This document shows, piece by piece, positions 1 through 10,600 of a stretch of 50,542 nucleotides of DNA (its first letter is position 1; each line of letters starts with the position of its first letter). The position numbers and the translations under genes are program-made. The notes below the pieces were generated by a model. The model saw only the letters and a program-made list of their open reading frames with translations, was not told the DNA's origin and searched no databases. This DNA is from Alphaproteobacteria bacterium (GTDB lineage Bacteria > Pseudomonadota > Alphaproteobacteria > Paracaedibacterales > VGCI01): positions 1 to 50,542 of the forward strand of contig JAJONN010000007.1 in assembly GCA_021323455.1 (NCBI GenBank), written 5' to 3'.

Positions 1-269
1 TCCTCTACGGTGGAAGGATAGCCAGCCGGTACAGAATGCTCGAAATAGGGTAAATTCATTAAGTTGCCTAGCTTGATGGGACCAGAGGCCATCAAGCAGT
101 TGGAATCGAGCTGCGACTTCCGTATGTTTTTAGGAGGCAAAAGACCGTGAAGGATATCAACAGTTGGCAAGACAGTTGACGGAAACCTCTTTAGAGACCC
201 CCCTGCCCTACCCTTACCAGGCATTAATTTCGTTTTCTTGCTATCTGCGTGTGCCCTTGCTAAAGCCAT
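1..269 (-). CDS. umuD: UmuD/LexA-family S24 peptidase, 5' part only (runs off the window start; not in the ORF track)
   Basis: Manual translation from ATG at 269, preceded by AGGAGG: MALARAHADS...MNLPYFEHSVPAGYPSTVE. VPAGYPS matches the UmuD autocleavage motif V-x-A-G-F-P-S. Confidence 0.7.
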   Translation of the reverse strand, partial: MALARAHADSKKTKLMPGKGRAGGSLKRFPSTVLPTVDILHGLLPPKNIRKSQLDSNCLMASGPIKLGNLMNLPYFEHSVPAGYPSTVE

Positions 270-500
270 GTTTTCCTCCTTACTTTGTTTTTTGTACATA
301 ATTCATATCATCCCAGGAAAGGCGCTGTCTATAAAAAATTGTGATTTATTTTTGAAGTTGTTAAGTTAAATTTTTTGAAGGGTATATAGTGAGGTAGCCT
401 TGGGCTCTAGCCATGTTAGGTTAGGTAAAGAATCTAGCTTGATGTTTTCTTTCATTTGATATAATCAACCAACTTATTGATCATTGGGATGTAGAATTAA

Positions 501-1163
501 ATGAGAAAAAAATATATTTGTTTCATTGCGGCGGTTGCTAATGTCTTCTCTACAGTTGCTACGCAATTTTTAGCAGTAGAAAGCGCAAAAGGGAAAGATC
601 TAAGCTCCTATTCTTCTACGTTTCTTTTTCCGATAAATTGCGTGGGAGAACAAGGTACCCATATTTATTTACAATTTAATTCCCCCAAAGGATTTCGCTG
701 CCTTCAACAAGAACTGGTTTCAAAAGCTTTAGGTTTAAATGGCAGTGATTCTAATAATATTGGATTGCTTGAAACCGTCCCTATAGAATTTATCCCAAAG
801 GATGACAGTGAAAGCAGTTGGTCAAAGATCATAACTTTTAATATGTTTATAGGAAAATCTGTAAAAGCCGACCTCTTAGTTTCTAACATGAAAGAGGCCA
901 TTATTAACAATTCAAAAGAATCAAAAATCTTAGAAGAAAATAAATCCCAAAATGATTCCTTTGAAACTGCAAATCTTGCCATAGCTTATACACATAATGG
1001 GCGTCGTGAGGTTGTTAGAGTGGTTGCCTTTTCAGGACCTTTAGACTGCATCTCCATTCAATATGCAGCACTACTTAAAGAAGGTCAAACAGATGATGCC
1101 GTTTTTCAGAATGTAAAGTCTTGGATGGCATCACCACAAAGCTTACAAATTGTTAAGTTCTAA
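501..1163 (+). CDS. Hypothetical protein, probably exported
   Basis: 220-aa AT-rich ORF with a basic then hydrophobic N-terminus; no family recognised. Confidence 0.6.
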   Translation: MRKKYICFIAAVANVFSTVATQFLAVESAKGKDLSSYSSTFLFPINCVGEQGTHIYLQFNSPKGFRCLQQELVSKALGLNGSDSNNIGLLETVPIEFIPKDDSESSWSKIITFNMFIGKSVKADLLVSNMKEAIINNSKESKILEENKSQNDSFETANLAIAYTHNGRREVVRVVAFSGPLDCISIQYAALLKEGQTDDAVFQNVKSWMASPQSLQIVKF

Positions 1164-1164
1164 T

Positions 1165-1290
1165 TTTATCTCTCACACTCCTAACTTGAATCCTGTTAGA
1201 GGATTTTGGAAAATATGCGTAACTATGTATCAAATAATGAAACTTACAATAAATTTAAAGGATTCAGAAAAGATTATTTGATTTCTTTAC
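1165..1290 (+). pseudogene. IS630-family transposase C-terminal remnant
   Basis: Frameshifted translation SHTPNLNPVRGFWK / YMRNYVSNNETYNKFKGFRK / LFDFF resembles the IS630 motif P-Y-S-P-N-L-N-P-I-E-R-L-W-K and its tail. Confidence 0.6.
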
Positions 1291-1295
1291 CTTTT

Positions 1296-1322
1296 ATCCA
1301 TTTTTGCTTGGCAAAAATGGAT
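1296..1322. terminator. Perfect 12-bp hairpin between convergent genes
   Basis: ATCCATTTTTGC-TTG-GCAAAAATGGAT. Confidence 0.5.
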
Positions 1323-1341
1323 GGAACTTAATTACATACGC

Positions 1342-3981
1342 TCAAATAGAGAGGTATTGATCAGCAGTACCACTGCCCTCCTCCTCACCCCCTAGCAGCA
1401 CTTCCTTCGCGCCTTGCCCCCGGCTTTCGAGGATACGCTCTGATAAGCCTGGAAGGATTTGCTGCGTGAGGATATGGTCGATGGATCGCGCCCCTTGGTG
1501 AGGATCTGTGCATTGGGCTGCAATATTGGTTATATCTTTATCCGTATAGATCAGCCGCGCATGGTGCTGCTGAAGTAGCCGCTCGGCAACGCTATGGACT
1601 TTCAGGCGAACAATCTTTGTCAGGTCAGAGGCGTTTAAAGGATAGTAGGGTATGACCGTCAACCGCGCCAGAAAAGCATGAGGAAAATGGCGTTCCAATG
1701 TCTGCCGGATCTCTGGCATTCCCGCTTGGACCTGCTCTGCCGCAATATTTGAGGTTAAAATAATCATTGTGTTGCGGAAATCGACCTCGACCCCCTCACT
1801 GTCTTCAATCATCCCCTTATCAAAAACCTGGTAAAAGATTTCCATAACATCCGGGTGTGCTTTTTCCACCTCATCCAGTAAAATAACGCTATAAGGATTC
1901 CGCCGGACAGCCTCTGTCAGGGTGCCGCCTTTTCCATACCCCACGTAGCCGGGGGGCGCTCCCTTTAAAGTGGCAACCGCATGGGCTTCCTGAAACTCGG
2001 ACATATTAATGCGGATCAAGTGGCGCTCATGTCCATTCAAAATTTCCGCCAACGCTTGTGCGGTTTCTGTTTTTCCGACGCCACTGGGTCCCACAAGGAG
2101 GAAAACACCCATCGGCTTGGTTGGGTCCGATAGCCTGGCGCGGTAACTGACGACCTGGCGCGCAATCCTATCCAGGGCATGGGACTGGCCAATAATGCGC
2201 CGTTCAAGCGCCTGGCGCAACTGCTCCACGGTTAACCCTTCTTCAAAGCTGATCATCGTCTCCAAAGGAATGCCTGTCCATCCAGAAATCACCTTTGCAA
2301 CGGTCAGGCGATCAACGCTATGAGGCACAAGGCCCTCTCCTGGAAGCCCTCTTGGTGATTCCCCTGCCCCCTGTTGCCGCAACACCCTCTCCAGCTGGTT
2401 AATCTCATTCCGAAGGCTCTTTGCTTCTGTCCCTTCTAATGCTTCAAGCGGGAAAAAATTGAGCTGATCCCGAAGCCCCTGGATTTTTTGAACCACTTCA
2501 GCAGATCTTGACCACTCACGGGCCATTTCATCCGCTTTGCGCATCACACCGTCCGCTTCTTCAGCAATTTCCGTTAGACGGCGCTCATGCTCATGGGCAC
2601 CATGGTCTTCCCGCAACAGCATTTCTTTTTCAATTTGCAATAAGGTCAGCTGGTTACGGGCTTCTTCCAAGGGCTGGGGAATGGCAGAATGGGCCAAAGC
2701 GACTTGCGCACAGGCTGTATCCAAAACGCTCACGGCCTTATCCGGTAGGCGCCGGCCTGTTAAAAAGCGCTGGGACAAGGATACAGCCGCCTGGATTGCT
2801 TCGTCGAGAATGGTCACATGGTGATGGTTGACCAAAGATCCCGCAATGGCGCGCAGCATACCCAACGCCTGTTCCGGCGAGGGTTCATTCACCTTGACAA
2901 CTTCAAAGCGGCGCGTCAATGCGGCATCCTTTTCAATGTAACGCTTGTATTCAGCCCAAGTGGTTGCCGCAATAGTTCGCAATTCTCCCCGCGCCAATGC
3001 GGGCTTTAATAAATTGGCAGCATCCCCCAGCCCGGCCTGCCCACCTGCGCCAATTAACGTATGGGCTTCATCAATAAATAGAATAATAGGCGTTGTTGAG
3101 GCTTTAACCTCCTCCAGTAAGCTTTTGAGGCGCTCCTCAAATTCCCCTTTAACGCTGGCTCCCGCCTGAAGCAACCCCACATCCAACAACCTTAGAGAAA
3201 TGTTTTTTAAAGATGGCGGGACACTCCCTGAGGCGATGCGTTGGGCGAGTCCTTCCACAACGGCCGTCTTACCAACGCCCGCTTCCCCGACCAGAATAGG
3301 ATTATTTTGGCGGCGGCGGGACAAGACATCAATCAATTGTCGAATTTCCCGGTCCCGTCCATAAATTGGGTCCAGCTTCCCAAACCGCGCTTGTTCTGTC
3401 ATATCGACCGTAAATTGGGCCAAGGCTGTCGGACCAGATGAAGGAGACGGGAAGCCAGGTTCAGAAGATTTCTTGGATGCGCTTGGATGTTTGGCCTTTT
3501 CATGAGCTTCAGGGCTATGGACCAACAGCTCCCGCATATTATCCCGGTAGGTTTCCCGCGACAAGCGCAAAAGCAAGGGACAACTTTCCAGAAGGATTCC
3601 CCGCAACGCTTCCGTATCCAAAACAGCCATCAAAACCGCACCTGATCGTACCTCGTCTCCCTCCAATTGAAGAGAGGACACCATCCAAGCTTCTTCCAAG
3701 GTCGTCAAAATATGGGGGGACAAGGCTGTCTGACTTGTATTGCCTGCTTGGAATTTTTCAATCGTTATTGTCAATTGCTTTTGAAGGCTCGCTATATCAA
3801 TCTCATAATGTCGCAAAACAAATTGGATATCAGAATCGCCAACTTCCAGGAGCCGCAAGAGAAAATGCTCTAGCTCAACATTATAATGCGTTTTAGAAAC
3901 GCACAAGGCAGCAGCGCTTTCGAGGGCGCGCTTACAGGTTGAGTTCAGCTTGCCAACCAGGGCTTTCGTATCCACATGCAT
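1342..3981 (-). CDS. tssH: Type VI secretion ATPase TssH/ClpV
   Basis: Two AAA+ modules (GEAGVGKT, GPSGVGKT). ClpV-type N-terminus LVGKLNSTCKRALESAAALCVSKTHYNVELEH. ClpV-type INMSEFQEAH...LKGAPPGYVGYG rather than ClpB DMSEYMEKH. Confidence 0.9.
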   Translation of the reverse strand: MHVDTKALVGKLNSTCKRALESAAALCVSKTHYNVELEHFLLRLLEVGDSDIQFVLRHYEIDIASLQKQLTITIEKFQAGNTSQTALSPHILTTLEEAWMVSSLQLEGDEVRSGAVLMAVLDTEALRGILLESCPLLLRLSRETYRDNMRELLVHSPEAHEKAKHPSASKKSSEPGFPSPSSGPTALAQFTVDMTEQARFGKLDPIYGRDREIRQLIDVLSRRRQNNPILVGEAGVGKTAVVEGLAQRIASGSVPPSLKNISLRLLDVGLLQAGASVKGEFEERLKSLLEEVKASTTPIILFIDEAHTLIGAGGQAGLGDAANLLKPALARGELRTIAATTWAEYKRYIEKDAALTRRFEVVKVNEPSPEQALGMLRAIAGSLVNHHHVTILDEAIQAAVSLSQRFLTGRRLPDKAVSVLDTACAQVALAHSAIPQPLEEARNQLTLLQIEKEMLLREDHGAHEHERRLTEIAEEADGVMRKADEMAREWSRSAEVVQKIQGLRDQLNFFPLEALEGTEAKSLRNEINQLERVLRQQGAGESPRGLPGEGLVPHSVDRLTVAKVISGWTGIPLETMISFEEGLTVEQLRQALERRIIGQSHALDRIARQVVSYRARLSDPTKPMGVFLLVGPSGVGKTETAQALAEILNGHERHLIRINMSEFQEAHAVATLKGAPPGYVGYGKGGTLTEAVRRNPYSVILLDEVEKAHPDVMEIFYQVFDKGMIEDSEGVEVDFRNTMIILTSNIAAEQVQAGMPEIRQTLERHFPHAFLARLTVIPYYPLNASDLTKIVRLKVHSVAERLLQQHHARLIYTDKDITNIAAQCTDPHQGARSIDHILTQQILPGLSERILESRGQGAKEVLLGGEEEGSGTADQYLSI

Positions 3982-4090
3982 CAGCTCAACCTCCTTAAAC
4001 AGACCTGATTTAAGGATAGAGGAAAAAAGTTAAGGAATTATACTATGCCGAAAGGGGACGTGGCTTGGGCTTTGTCCTCTTAACCCGTTA

Positions 4091-4122
4091 AAAGAATGAC
4101 CTCTCCCCGAAAGGGAGAGGCC
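4091..4122 (-). terminator. Rho-independent terminator of the 4131-5726 gene
   Basis: Minus strand GGCCTCTCCC-TTTC-GGGGAGAGGTC followed by ATTCTTTT, just past the stop codon. Confidence 0.65.
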
Positions 4123-4130
4123 AAAACAGG

Positions 4131-5726
4131 TTATGACTGAACCCGGATCATGCCAGGGACGTGCCGGCAATAGACATTAACCAAATTCGATGTCGCTTGG
4201 CGCGCTTGCAGATTAGGACTTCCCAAATTCTGCAACGCTGGCTGGATTGCGTTTCTTATATCCTCTGCCGTAACCGGCGTGATTTTCCAACTCGATACGG
4301 TGGATTCCGCCTTATCTTTTGATTCTGCCAGTTTAGCCTCCTCAACAAGCAGGCTTGAAGGCTCCATCTTATCCTCCTCAAAACCAGCATTCAGTTCTGT
4401 TAGTAAAGGAGCCTCCCGCCTTCTTGCCGCAGCCCTTTTTAAGCTCGATAATTTAGCATGGACATGATCCTGCAAGCCTACAGGGTCGTCTTCTTCTGCT
4501 CTTTCGCCCACACCGTTCCCATCGTCCGCCTCGCCTTCCTCTCTTTTCTCATCTTCTTCATCGATACCTTCCAAAGCCACCGGAACAGGTTGCTCTGCCT
4601 GTTCTGCTTCCTCACCATGAATAGCATTGTCTTCCTGAGCAACGATGACAGGTTGTTCCCCTCCTTCTGCTCCCTCAATATAATCTGCATTTTCAACGGG
4701 GACATTCCTATTGGCTTGATCAAGGACGAGAGCGGCAAGCGCAACCGGAACACGGTGAACATCATGTCTTTCTTCTGCTCTTATTACAGGAAAGCCCAGC
4801 TCGTTTCGGGGTAGCACCCCTCGCCCAACAATTTGCCTTAAGGCAGCTATAAAGTTTGCCTTGTGCCTATCATGGCCAGCCTGTTCTTCATCACCCTCTT
4901 GCTGTCTCCTTCTCTCTTCCCCCATCACAGCTGGAATCGGTTGAGGCATCCAATCTAACCCTTCAATATGGTTGGCATGAGGATGGCTGAGAATTTGATG
5001 GAGTTGCCAGTCGACTATATTGAAGAGCTTGAATGCCACCTTGACAGGGTTCCCTGGTTCGGATAACTCATGGGCTTTGTTTAAATGCCAAACGACAGGA
5101 TCAACGCCTTGTACGCTTAAATCGAAGGCCCGTAGCTGCCTCAGCAGGTTCCGTCGTTCCTCTTTGCGTTTTTCTGCCTCTTCAAGCAAGCCCCGGATAC
5201 GGGAAACCGTATCCATTGCTTCTCCTTCCTCCCTGAGGTGTTGTCGTGTCATGGATGGAACGGGTTGATAGGTCCAATCCAGCCCTTCAATATGGTTCGC
5301 ATAGGGGTGGTTGAGAATTTGATTGAGCTGCCAGTCCACTATATTAAAGAGCTTTAAGGCCACCTTTACAGGATGCCTCTGCTCAGAAAATTCACGGGCC
5401 TTGTCTAAATGCCACACGACAGGATCAACACCCTGTAGGCTTAAATCGAAGATCCGTGGTTGCCTTAACAGATTTCTCCGTTTCTCTTTGCGGTCTTCTA
5501 TCCCTTTAAGGAGTTCGCTGATGCGGACAGCGGTATCCAGACGCGCATCCATATCTACGCCCGAGCCACTCCCTTGAAGCCCCTCTCTTGCCATCTCCAC
5601 CTCACGAATGGCTTTGTTGGGTTCTTTTCCGCGTCTATATCCCTCCTCAGCTCCCATGATGCTCTTTGCAACCAGAACTCCCATGGCAATCGCCTTCCAT
5701 AAAGAGATATTTTTCGTTTTAAACAT
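4131..5726 (-). CDS. Hypothetical exported protein with two ~108-aa repeats and an acidic region
   Basis: ORF 4131..5792. The ATG at 5726 has a GGAGG RBS and gives signal-peptide-like MFKTKNISLWKAIAMGVLVAKSIMGA. The duplicated block (QGVDPVVWHL..KLFNIVDWQL..ANHIEGLDW) is offset by 324 nt. Confidence 0.75.
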   Translation of the reverse strand: MFKTKNISLWKAIAMGVLVAKSIMGAEEGYRRGKEPNKAIREVEMAREGLQGSGSGVDMDARLDTAVRISELLKGIEDRKEKRRNLLRQPRIFDLSLQGVDPVVWHLDKAREFSEQRHPVKVALKLFNIVDWQLNQILNHPYANHIEGLDWTYQPVPSMTRQHLREEGEAMDTVSRIRGLLEEAEKRKEERRNLLRQLRAFDLSVQGVDPVVWHLNKAHELSEPGNPVKVAFKLFNIVDWQLHQILSHPHANHIEGLDWMPQPIPAVMGEERRRQQEGDEEQAGHDRHKANFIAALRQIVGRGVLPRNELGFPVIRAEERHDVHRVPVALAALVLDQANRNVPVENADYIEGAEGGEQPVIVAQEDNAIHGEEAEQAEQPVPVALEGIDEEDEKREEGEADDGNGVGERAEEDDPVGLQDHVHAKLSSLKRAAARRREAPLLTELNAGFEEDKMEPSSLLVEEAKLAESKDKAESTVSSWKITPVTAEDIRNAIQPALQNLGSPNLQARQATSNLVNVYCRHVPGMIRVQS

Positions 5727-5844
5727 TAATAACCTCCAAGATCTTGTTAAGCAGACATATAAAAAAGCCTGTAAATATAATATATTTTTCAATATTAATA
5801 AGTCTATATTTTAATAATCAAAGTACAAATATAGTATTCATAGG

Positions 5845-5860
5845 TTAATTTTTGGTTAAC
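5845..5860. promoter_or_regulatory. CtrA-type box TTAA-N7-TTAAC in a divergent promoter
   Basis: TTAA-TTTTTGG-TTAAC. Confidence 0.5.
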
Positions 5861-5982
5861 ACAGCTGATAGAAACCAAAAGACAATAGAGACAAAAAGAG
5901 GTAAGGAAAAACTCAATTTTACAGATTCTTAATTTTTGCGGCTTATGCTATAAGGAGATAAAAATTACCTCCCTACCATGAA

Positions 5983-7632
5983 ATGGACACCATTATGATT
6001 TCCTCTGGACCTCAAAATCCCAAACCGCCCTTTAAATTGAGCGGGGAACGCATCGCGTTATTGCTTGGCGGGACGCTCATAGGCGCTCTTGTTATTGGCT
6101 TTGGGTTTAAAATAGCAAAGCCTGTCGTCAAAAAAGCCTGTCAATCCATCCTGGAGAACCCAGATAAAGTTGGGCGGGAAGCCCGTGTGGTTTCTGTTGA
6201 GGCCGTTGTCCTTAAACCCGGGACAATTTCGCGGCGCATTACAACGGTGGGCAAGCTCCATGCCAATGCATCCGTCACCTTACGCGCTGAAATGCCAGGC
6301 CGCATCAAGGAAATTGCCTTTAAAGAAGGGACGATGGTTAAAAAAGGTGATGTCCTTATTCAGTTTGAAGACGAGGAATTGCAGGCTGAACTTGTCAAAG
6401 CCGAAGCTGATGTCGAATACCGCCAGGCGCGATATGACCGTATGCTGTCCCTTCAATCCAAGGGGTTAACAAAAGGCCCGGATTTTGACCAGGAAAGGGG
6501 CCAGCTCAACATGGCCAAAGCCCAGCTTGAGGTCGCCAAGGCGAAATTAGCCAAGGCCACAATCCATGCGCCGTTTGATGGAAAAATCGGATTGATTCAA
6601 GATGTGAGCGTTGGCGCTATTGTAGACACCCAAAAGGAGCTGGTCACGCTTGTTGACTTTGATCCGATGAAGATTGACTTTAAAGTCCCTGAAAAGTTCA
6701 TCCACGACATTGGCGTTGGCCAAACGGCAGAGGTCAAGCTGGACAGTATTCCCAATCAAAAATTTCAGGAAACTCCTTTGCAGGCGATGGTTGAGGCGAT
6801 TGACTCGCGGGCTGATCCTCAAAACCACAGCATTGCTGTCCGGGCAACCATTCCGAATGAGGACGGAAAGCTTCAAGCGGGCTTATTTGCGGAAATCAGC
6901 GTCATTATTGGCGTGAAAAACGATGCTTTGCTTCTCCCGGAATCGGCGCTGGGCCGTGAAGGGGATATTGAGTATGTTTGGGTTGTCACAAATGGAAAGA
7001 CAGGACGCAAGCGCGTCTTAACGGGGACAAAAGAAAACGGCCAAGTCGAAATTATCGCCGGCCTTCGACCCAATGAAATTATTGTCACTTCTGGTCAGCT
7101 GAAGCTCGGTGAAGGAACCGCTGTGACAATCTCCAATATGGGCGAAGGAGATATCGAGGTTACCGATGAGGACGAAGACTCTGAGGATAGCCACGAATCT
7201 TCTGCTCCTCAGAAAGAAAAAGAGGGTACAACAGAGAAGGGAGAAGCAAAATCGGCAGGATCTTCTAAAGGGGAACCCGAAGAAAAAACGTCTGATAGGG
7301 CATCTCCTGACACATCAGCACCAGACACTCAGCTCAAAAGCGACGTCAAGGGAGAATCGCCTGTAACAGGCAATGCCTCTCAAGGCGCAGAAAAAACATT
7401 GCTTCCAACACCCAGCACACCAGAATCCCCTTCCCAAGAAGGAGAAGGAACCCCTAAGACAGGAACACAGGAACATCCTGCTGACGCTGATAAAGCACCC
7501 GATAAGCTTACGGCCCAACCAAGCAATGAGACGGCTGACGATCACCCAAAACCTGAACCTGAAAAATCTTTTTTTGGCAAGGTCCGGGACTTTATGGTTA
7601 ATATATTCAAGGGAACGAAGAAAACTCAATGA
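5983..7632 (+). CDS. RND efflux periplasmic adaptor (MFP) with a long C-terminal low-complexity tail
   Basis: N-terminal TM, lipoyl motifs (GRIKEIAFKEGTMVKKGDVL; IHAPFDGKIG), coiled hairpin; overlaps the RND permease start by 4 bp. Confidence 0.9.
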   Translation: MDTIMISSGPQNPKPPFKLSGERIALLLGGTLIGALVIGFGFKIAKPVVKKACQSILENPDKVGREARVVSVEAVVLKPGTISRRITTVGKLHANASVTLRAEMPGRIKEIAFKEGTMVKKGDVLIQFEDEELQAELVKAEADVEYRQARYDRMLSLQSKGLTKGPDFDQERGQLNMAKAQLEVAKAKLAKATIHAPFDGKIGLIQDVSVGAIVDTQKELVTLVDFDPMKIDFKVPEKFIHDIGVGQTAEVKLDSIPNQKFQETPLQAMVEAIDSRADPQNHSIAVRATIPNEDGKLQAGLFAEISVIIGVKNDALLLPESALGREGDIEYVWVVTNGKTGRKRVLTGTKENGQVEIIAGLRPNEIIVTSGQLKLGEGTAVTISNMGEGDIEVTDEDEDSEDSHESSAPQKEKEGTTEKGEAKSAGSSKGEPEEKTSDRASPDTSAPDTQLKSDVKGESPVTGNASQGAEKTLLPTPSTPESPSQEGEGTPKTGTQEHPADADKAPDKLTAQPSNETADDHPKPEPEKSFFGKVRDFMVNIFKGTKKTQ

Positions 7633-10600
7633 AAATATCTGAAGTCTGCATTCAACGCCCCGTCTTTGCGTGGGTGATGACCTTCATTCTGATCGCTCTC
7701 GGTTTGGTGGGCGGCAGCCGCTTGCCGTTGCAAAAAGACCCAAAAATTGAAACCCCTTACTTGACCATTGAAGCTTCCCTTCCAGGAGCCGGGCCAGATA
7801 TTATTGAGAACCAGGTGACACGGCCTATCGAAGAAGCTGTCGCTGGCATTGACGGCATCGTTGCCACCCAATCCACCAGCAGCGTTGAAGACAGCAAGAT
7901 TACAATAGAATTTACGCCGGAACGCCGCATTGATGACGCGACAAACGATGTCCGTGACCGCCTGAATAAAGCAAAAGATAAATTCCCCAAGGAAATGAAT
8001 GAACCCAACATTATTAAAGCCCGCGCCGAAGAAAAGTCTTTAGTAACGCTGGCCTTAACGAGCGATAAGCACACCCCCAGTGAAATGGGCGATTACGCTA
8101 ATAATGAACTGAAAAAAAAATTTGAAGCCATTGCGGGCGTTGCCCGCGTGGAAGTTGCGGGAAGCGGCCTGGATAAAATGTACCTCAAGCTGGACCCTGT
8201 GAAGCTCGCGGCCTACAACCTGACGGTTGCTGATGTCATGAAAGCCATCCGCAGCCAGAATATTGAAAAACCTGCCGGCAAGATTGTCACAACAGAACGG
8301 GAATACCTTGTCACAACATTAGCAACCCTGGAAACACCGGAAGAATTTGAAAACCTGGTTGTCTCGAACAAGGATAAGCATCTGGTGCGGTTGCGTGACA
8401 TTGGGACAGCCGAAGAATCCGCAGATGATAAGAAAACCAGAATGCGCTTTAATGGCAAACTCGGCGTCAGCGTTGGCATTATCAAGCAATCTGTTGCTAA
8501 CCCCATCGAGGTCACGCGCGCCATTAAAGCGGCCCTCCCCGATATTATTGACCATCTGCCGGAGGGCGTCAGTTTACGCATCGGTAAAGACAGCGCCCGT
8601 TTCATTGAACAATCCCTCCATGCGGTCTATCAAACGATTGCAGAAGCCATCGTTTTGGTTATCCTGGTCGTCTTCCTGTTCTTGCGCTCCTCACGGGCCG
8701 CTCTTATTCCGCTTGTTACCATACCCGTCTCCCTAATCGGGGCTTTGTTCCTGATGTACCTTGCCGGCTTCAGCCTGAATACCTTTACGCTTCTTTCCAT
8801 GGTTTTGGCGATCGGGCTGGTGGTTGACGATGCGATTGTGGTCCTGGAAAATATCTACCGCCGCATTGAAGACGGCATGGAAACCTTCAAGGCTTCCGTG
8901 ATTGGCATACGGGAAATTAGCTTTTCCATTATTGCCATGACCCTCACCCTTGTTGCGGTGTATGCGCCTATTGCTCTCTCAAACGGAAAAACAGGAAAAT
9001 TCTTCACGGAATTTGCCCTCACCCTGGCAGGGGCGGTTCTCATTTCCGGATTTGCAGCCCTGACCCTCTCTCCCATGATGTGCGCCCGCATGCTGAAGCA
9101 GGACCCACACCATAATATGCCCCCGACAACAACTTACCAAGCTTTTAAATCCGGCATATGGCTGGATTCAACAACTTACCAAGCTTTTAAATCCGGCATA
9201 TGGCTGGATTCAATTGAAACTTCCTATATGCGGCTGCTTCACAGCGCCATGGACAAGGCTTCCCACCGGGCCATGATTATCGCCTCCGGGGTTCTATTTG
9301 CTTTGCTGGGACTCGCCGTCTACTCTACGCTCCCCGGAGAAATGTTCCCACGGGAAGACCAGGGACAAATTTCCATTGAAGGCCAAGCCAGCCAAACGGC
9401 TACCCTGGACCATACAGACCGGTATGTGAAAGAGTTAGATTCCATTCTGGCGACTTACCCCGAAATTACCCGCCGCGTCACCCAAGTCAACAATCCCACT
9501 TATGAGATTTTCATCCAACTGGCCGATGACCGGCAACGGACGACTGCAGAAATCGAACAAGATCTTAAAAAACGCCTTCAAAGCATCGCAGGGATTGACA
9601 TCAAAATTGAAACAGGGTCTGTGTCTGGCGAAAAAAGCAATGTGGTTGAATTCGTCGTCCAGGCAAACAAAACCTACCGGGAAGTCCGCGAACTGGCTGA
9701 AAACCTCTCCATGCGCCTTAAGCAGTATGCTTTTGTTGATGCTATTTTGAGCAATATGCACGCAGATGCGCAAGACTATACCATAGCAGTGAACCGGAGC
9801 AAGGTCGCAAGTCTCAACATTGACCCGGAAACAATTGCCAATACGATTGAGACCCTGCTTCGGGGCAGCAAAACAGGCACTTTTAAAAAAGAAGGGCGTC
9901 TTTATGATGTCATGGTTGAAATTACAGATGCCAACAAGCAAAGCCCTGATGACATTACCAACTTGTTCGTCAAAGGGGGAGATAAACAGGACTCCCTTGT
10001 TCCTTTAGCTGAACTGGTCAAGGTTTATGCCCGGACAAGCCCTATGGAAATCTATCGGTATAACCGGTTGCGCTCTGTCTCCTTTTCCCTCAAGTTAAGC
10101 AACGGGGTTGGGTTGATGGAAGGGCTGACAAAAGTCAAGGAAATCGCTAAAGAAACCTTGCCCCGCGATAGCGATGCCCGTGTGGATTTTACAGGGGAAA
10201 CACGCCGCTATTTAAATGAAAGCCAAAATATCATCCTGATCTTTGGCCTCGCCCTCTGTTTCATTTATTTCGTTATGGCAGCCCAGTTTGAAAGCTGGAT
10301 TGATCCCTTCATTATCATGCTCAGTGTTCCCTTGTCCCTAGCGGGGGCCGTCCTGACCCTGGCGATGATCGAAAACGGCAGCATCAATTTATATAGCCAG
10401 ATTGGGTTCGTCACACTGATTGGGCTGATTACCAAACACGGTATCTTGATGGTAGACGTGGCGAACCAGTTACGGGATGAGGGCGCAGATCGCCTTACCG
10501 CGATCATCCAGGCATCAAAGATGCGCCTGCGTCCTATTTTAATGACCACGTTTGCGATGGTCTTAGGGGCGATCCCCCTGGCCCTTGCCAGCGGCGCTGG

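Noticed and set aside
270-500. LexA/SOS box upstream of the umuD-like gene
   Set aside because: No GTTC-N7-GTTC or GAAC-N7-GAAC match found by eye.
1342-3981. ClpB chaperone call
   Set aside because: The N-terminal and second-AAA signatures are ClpV-type.
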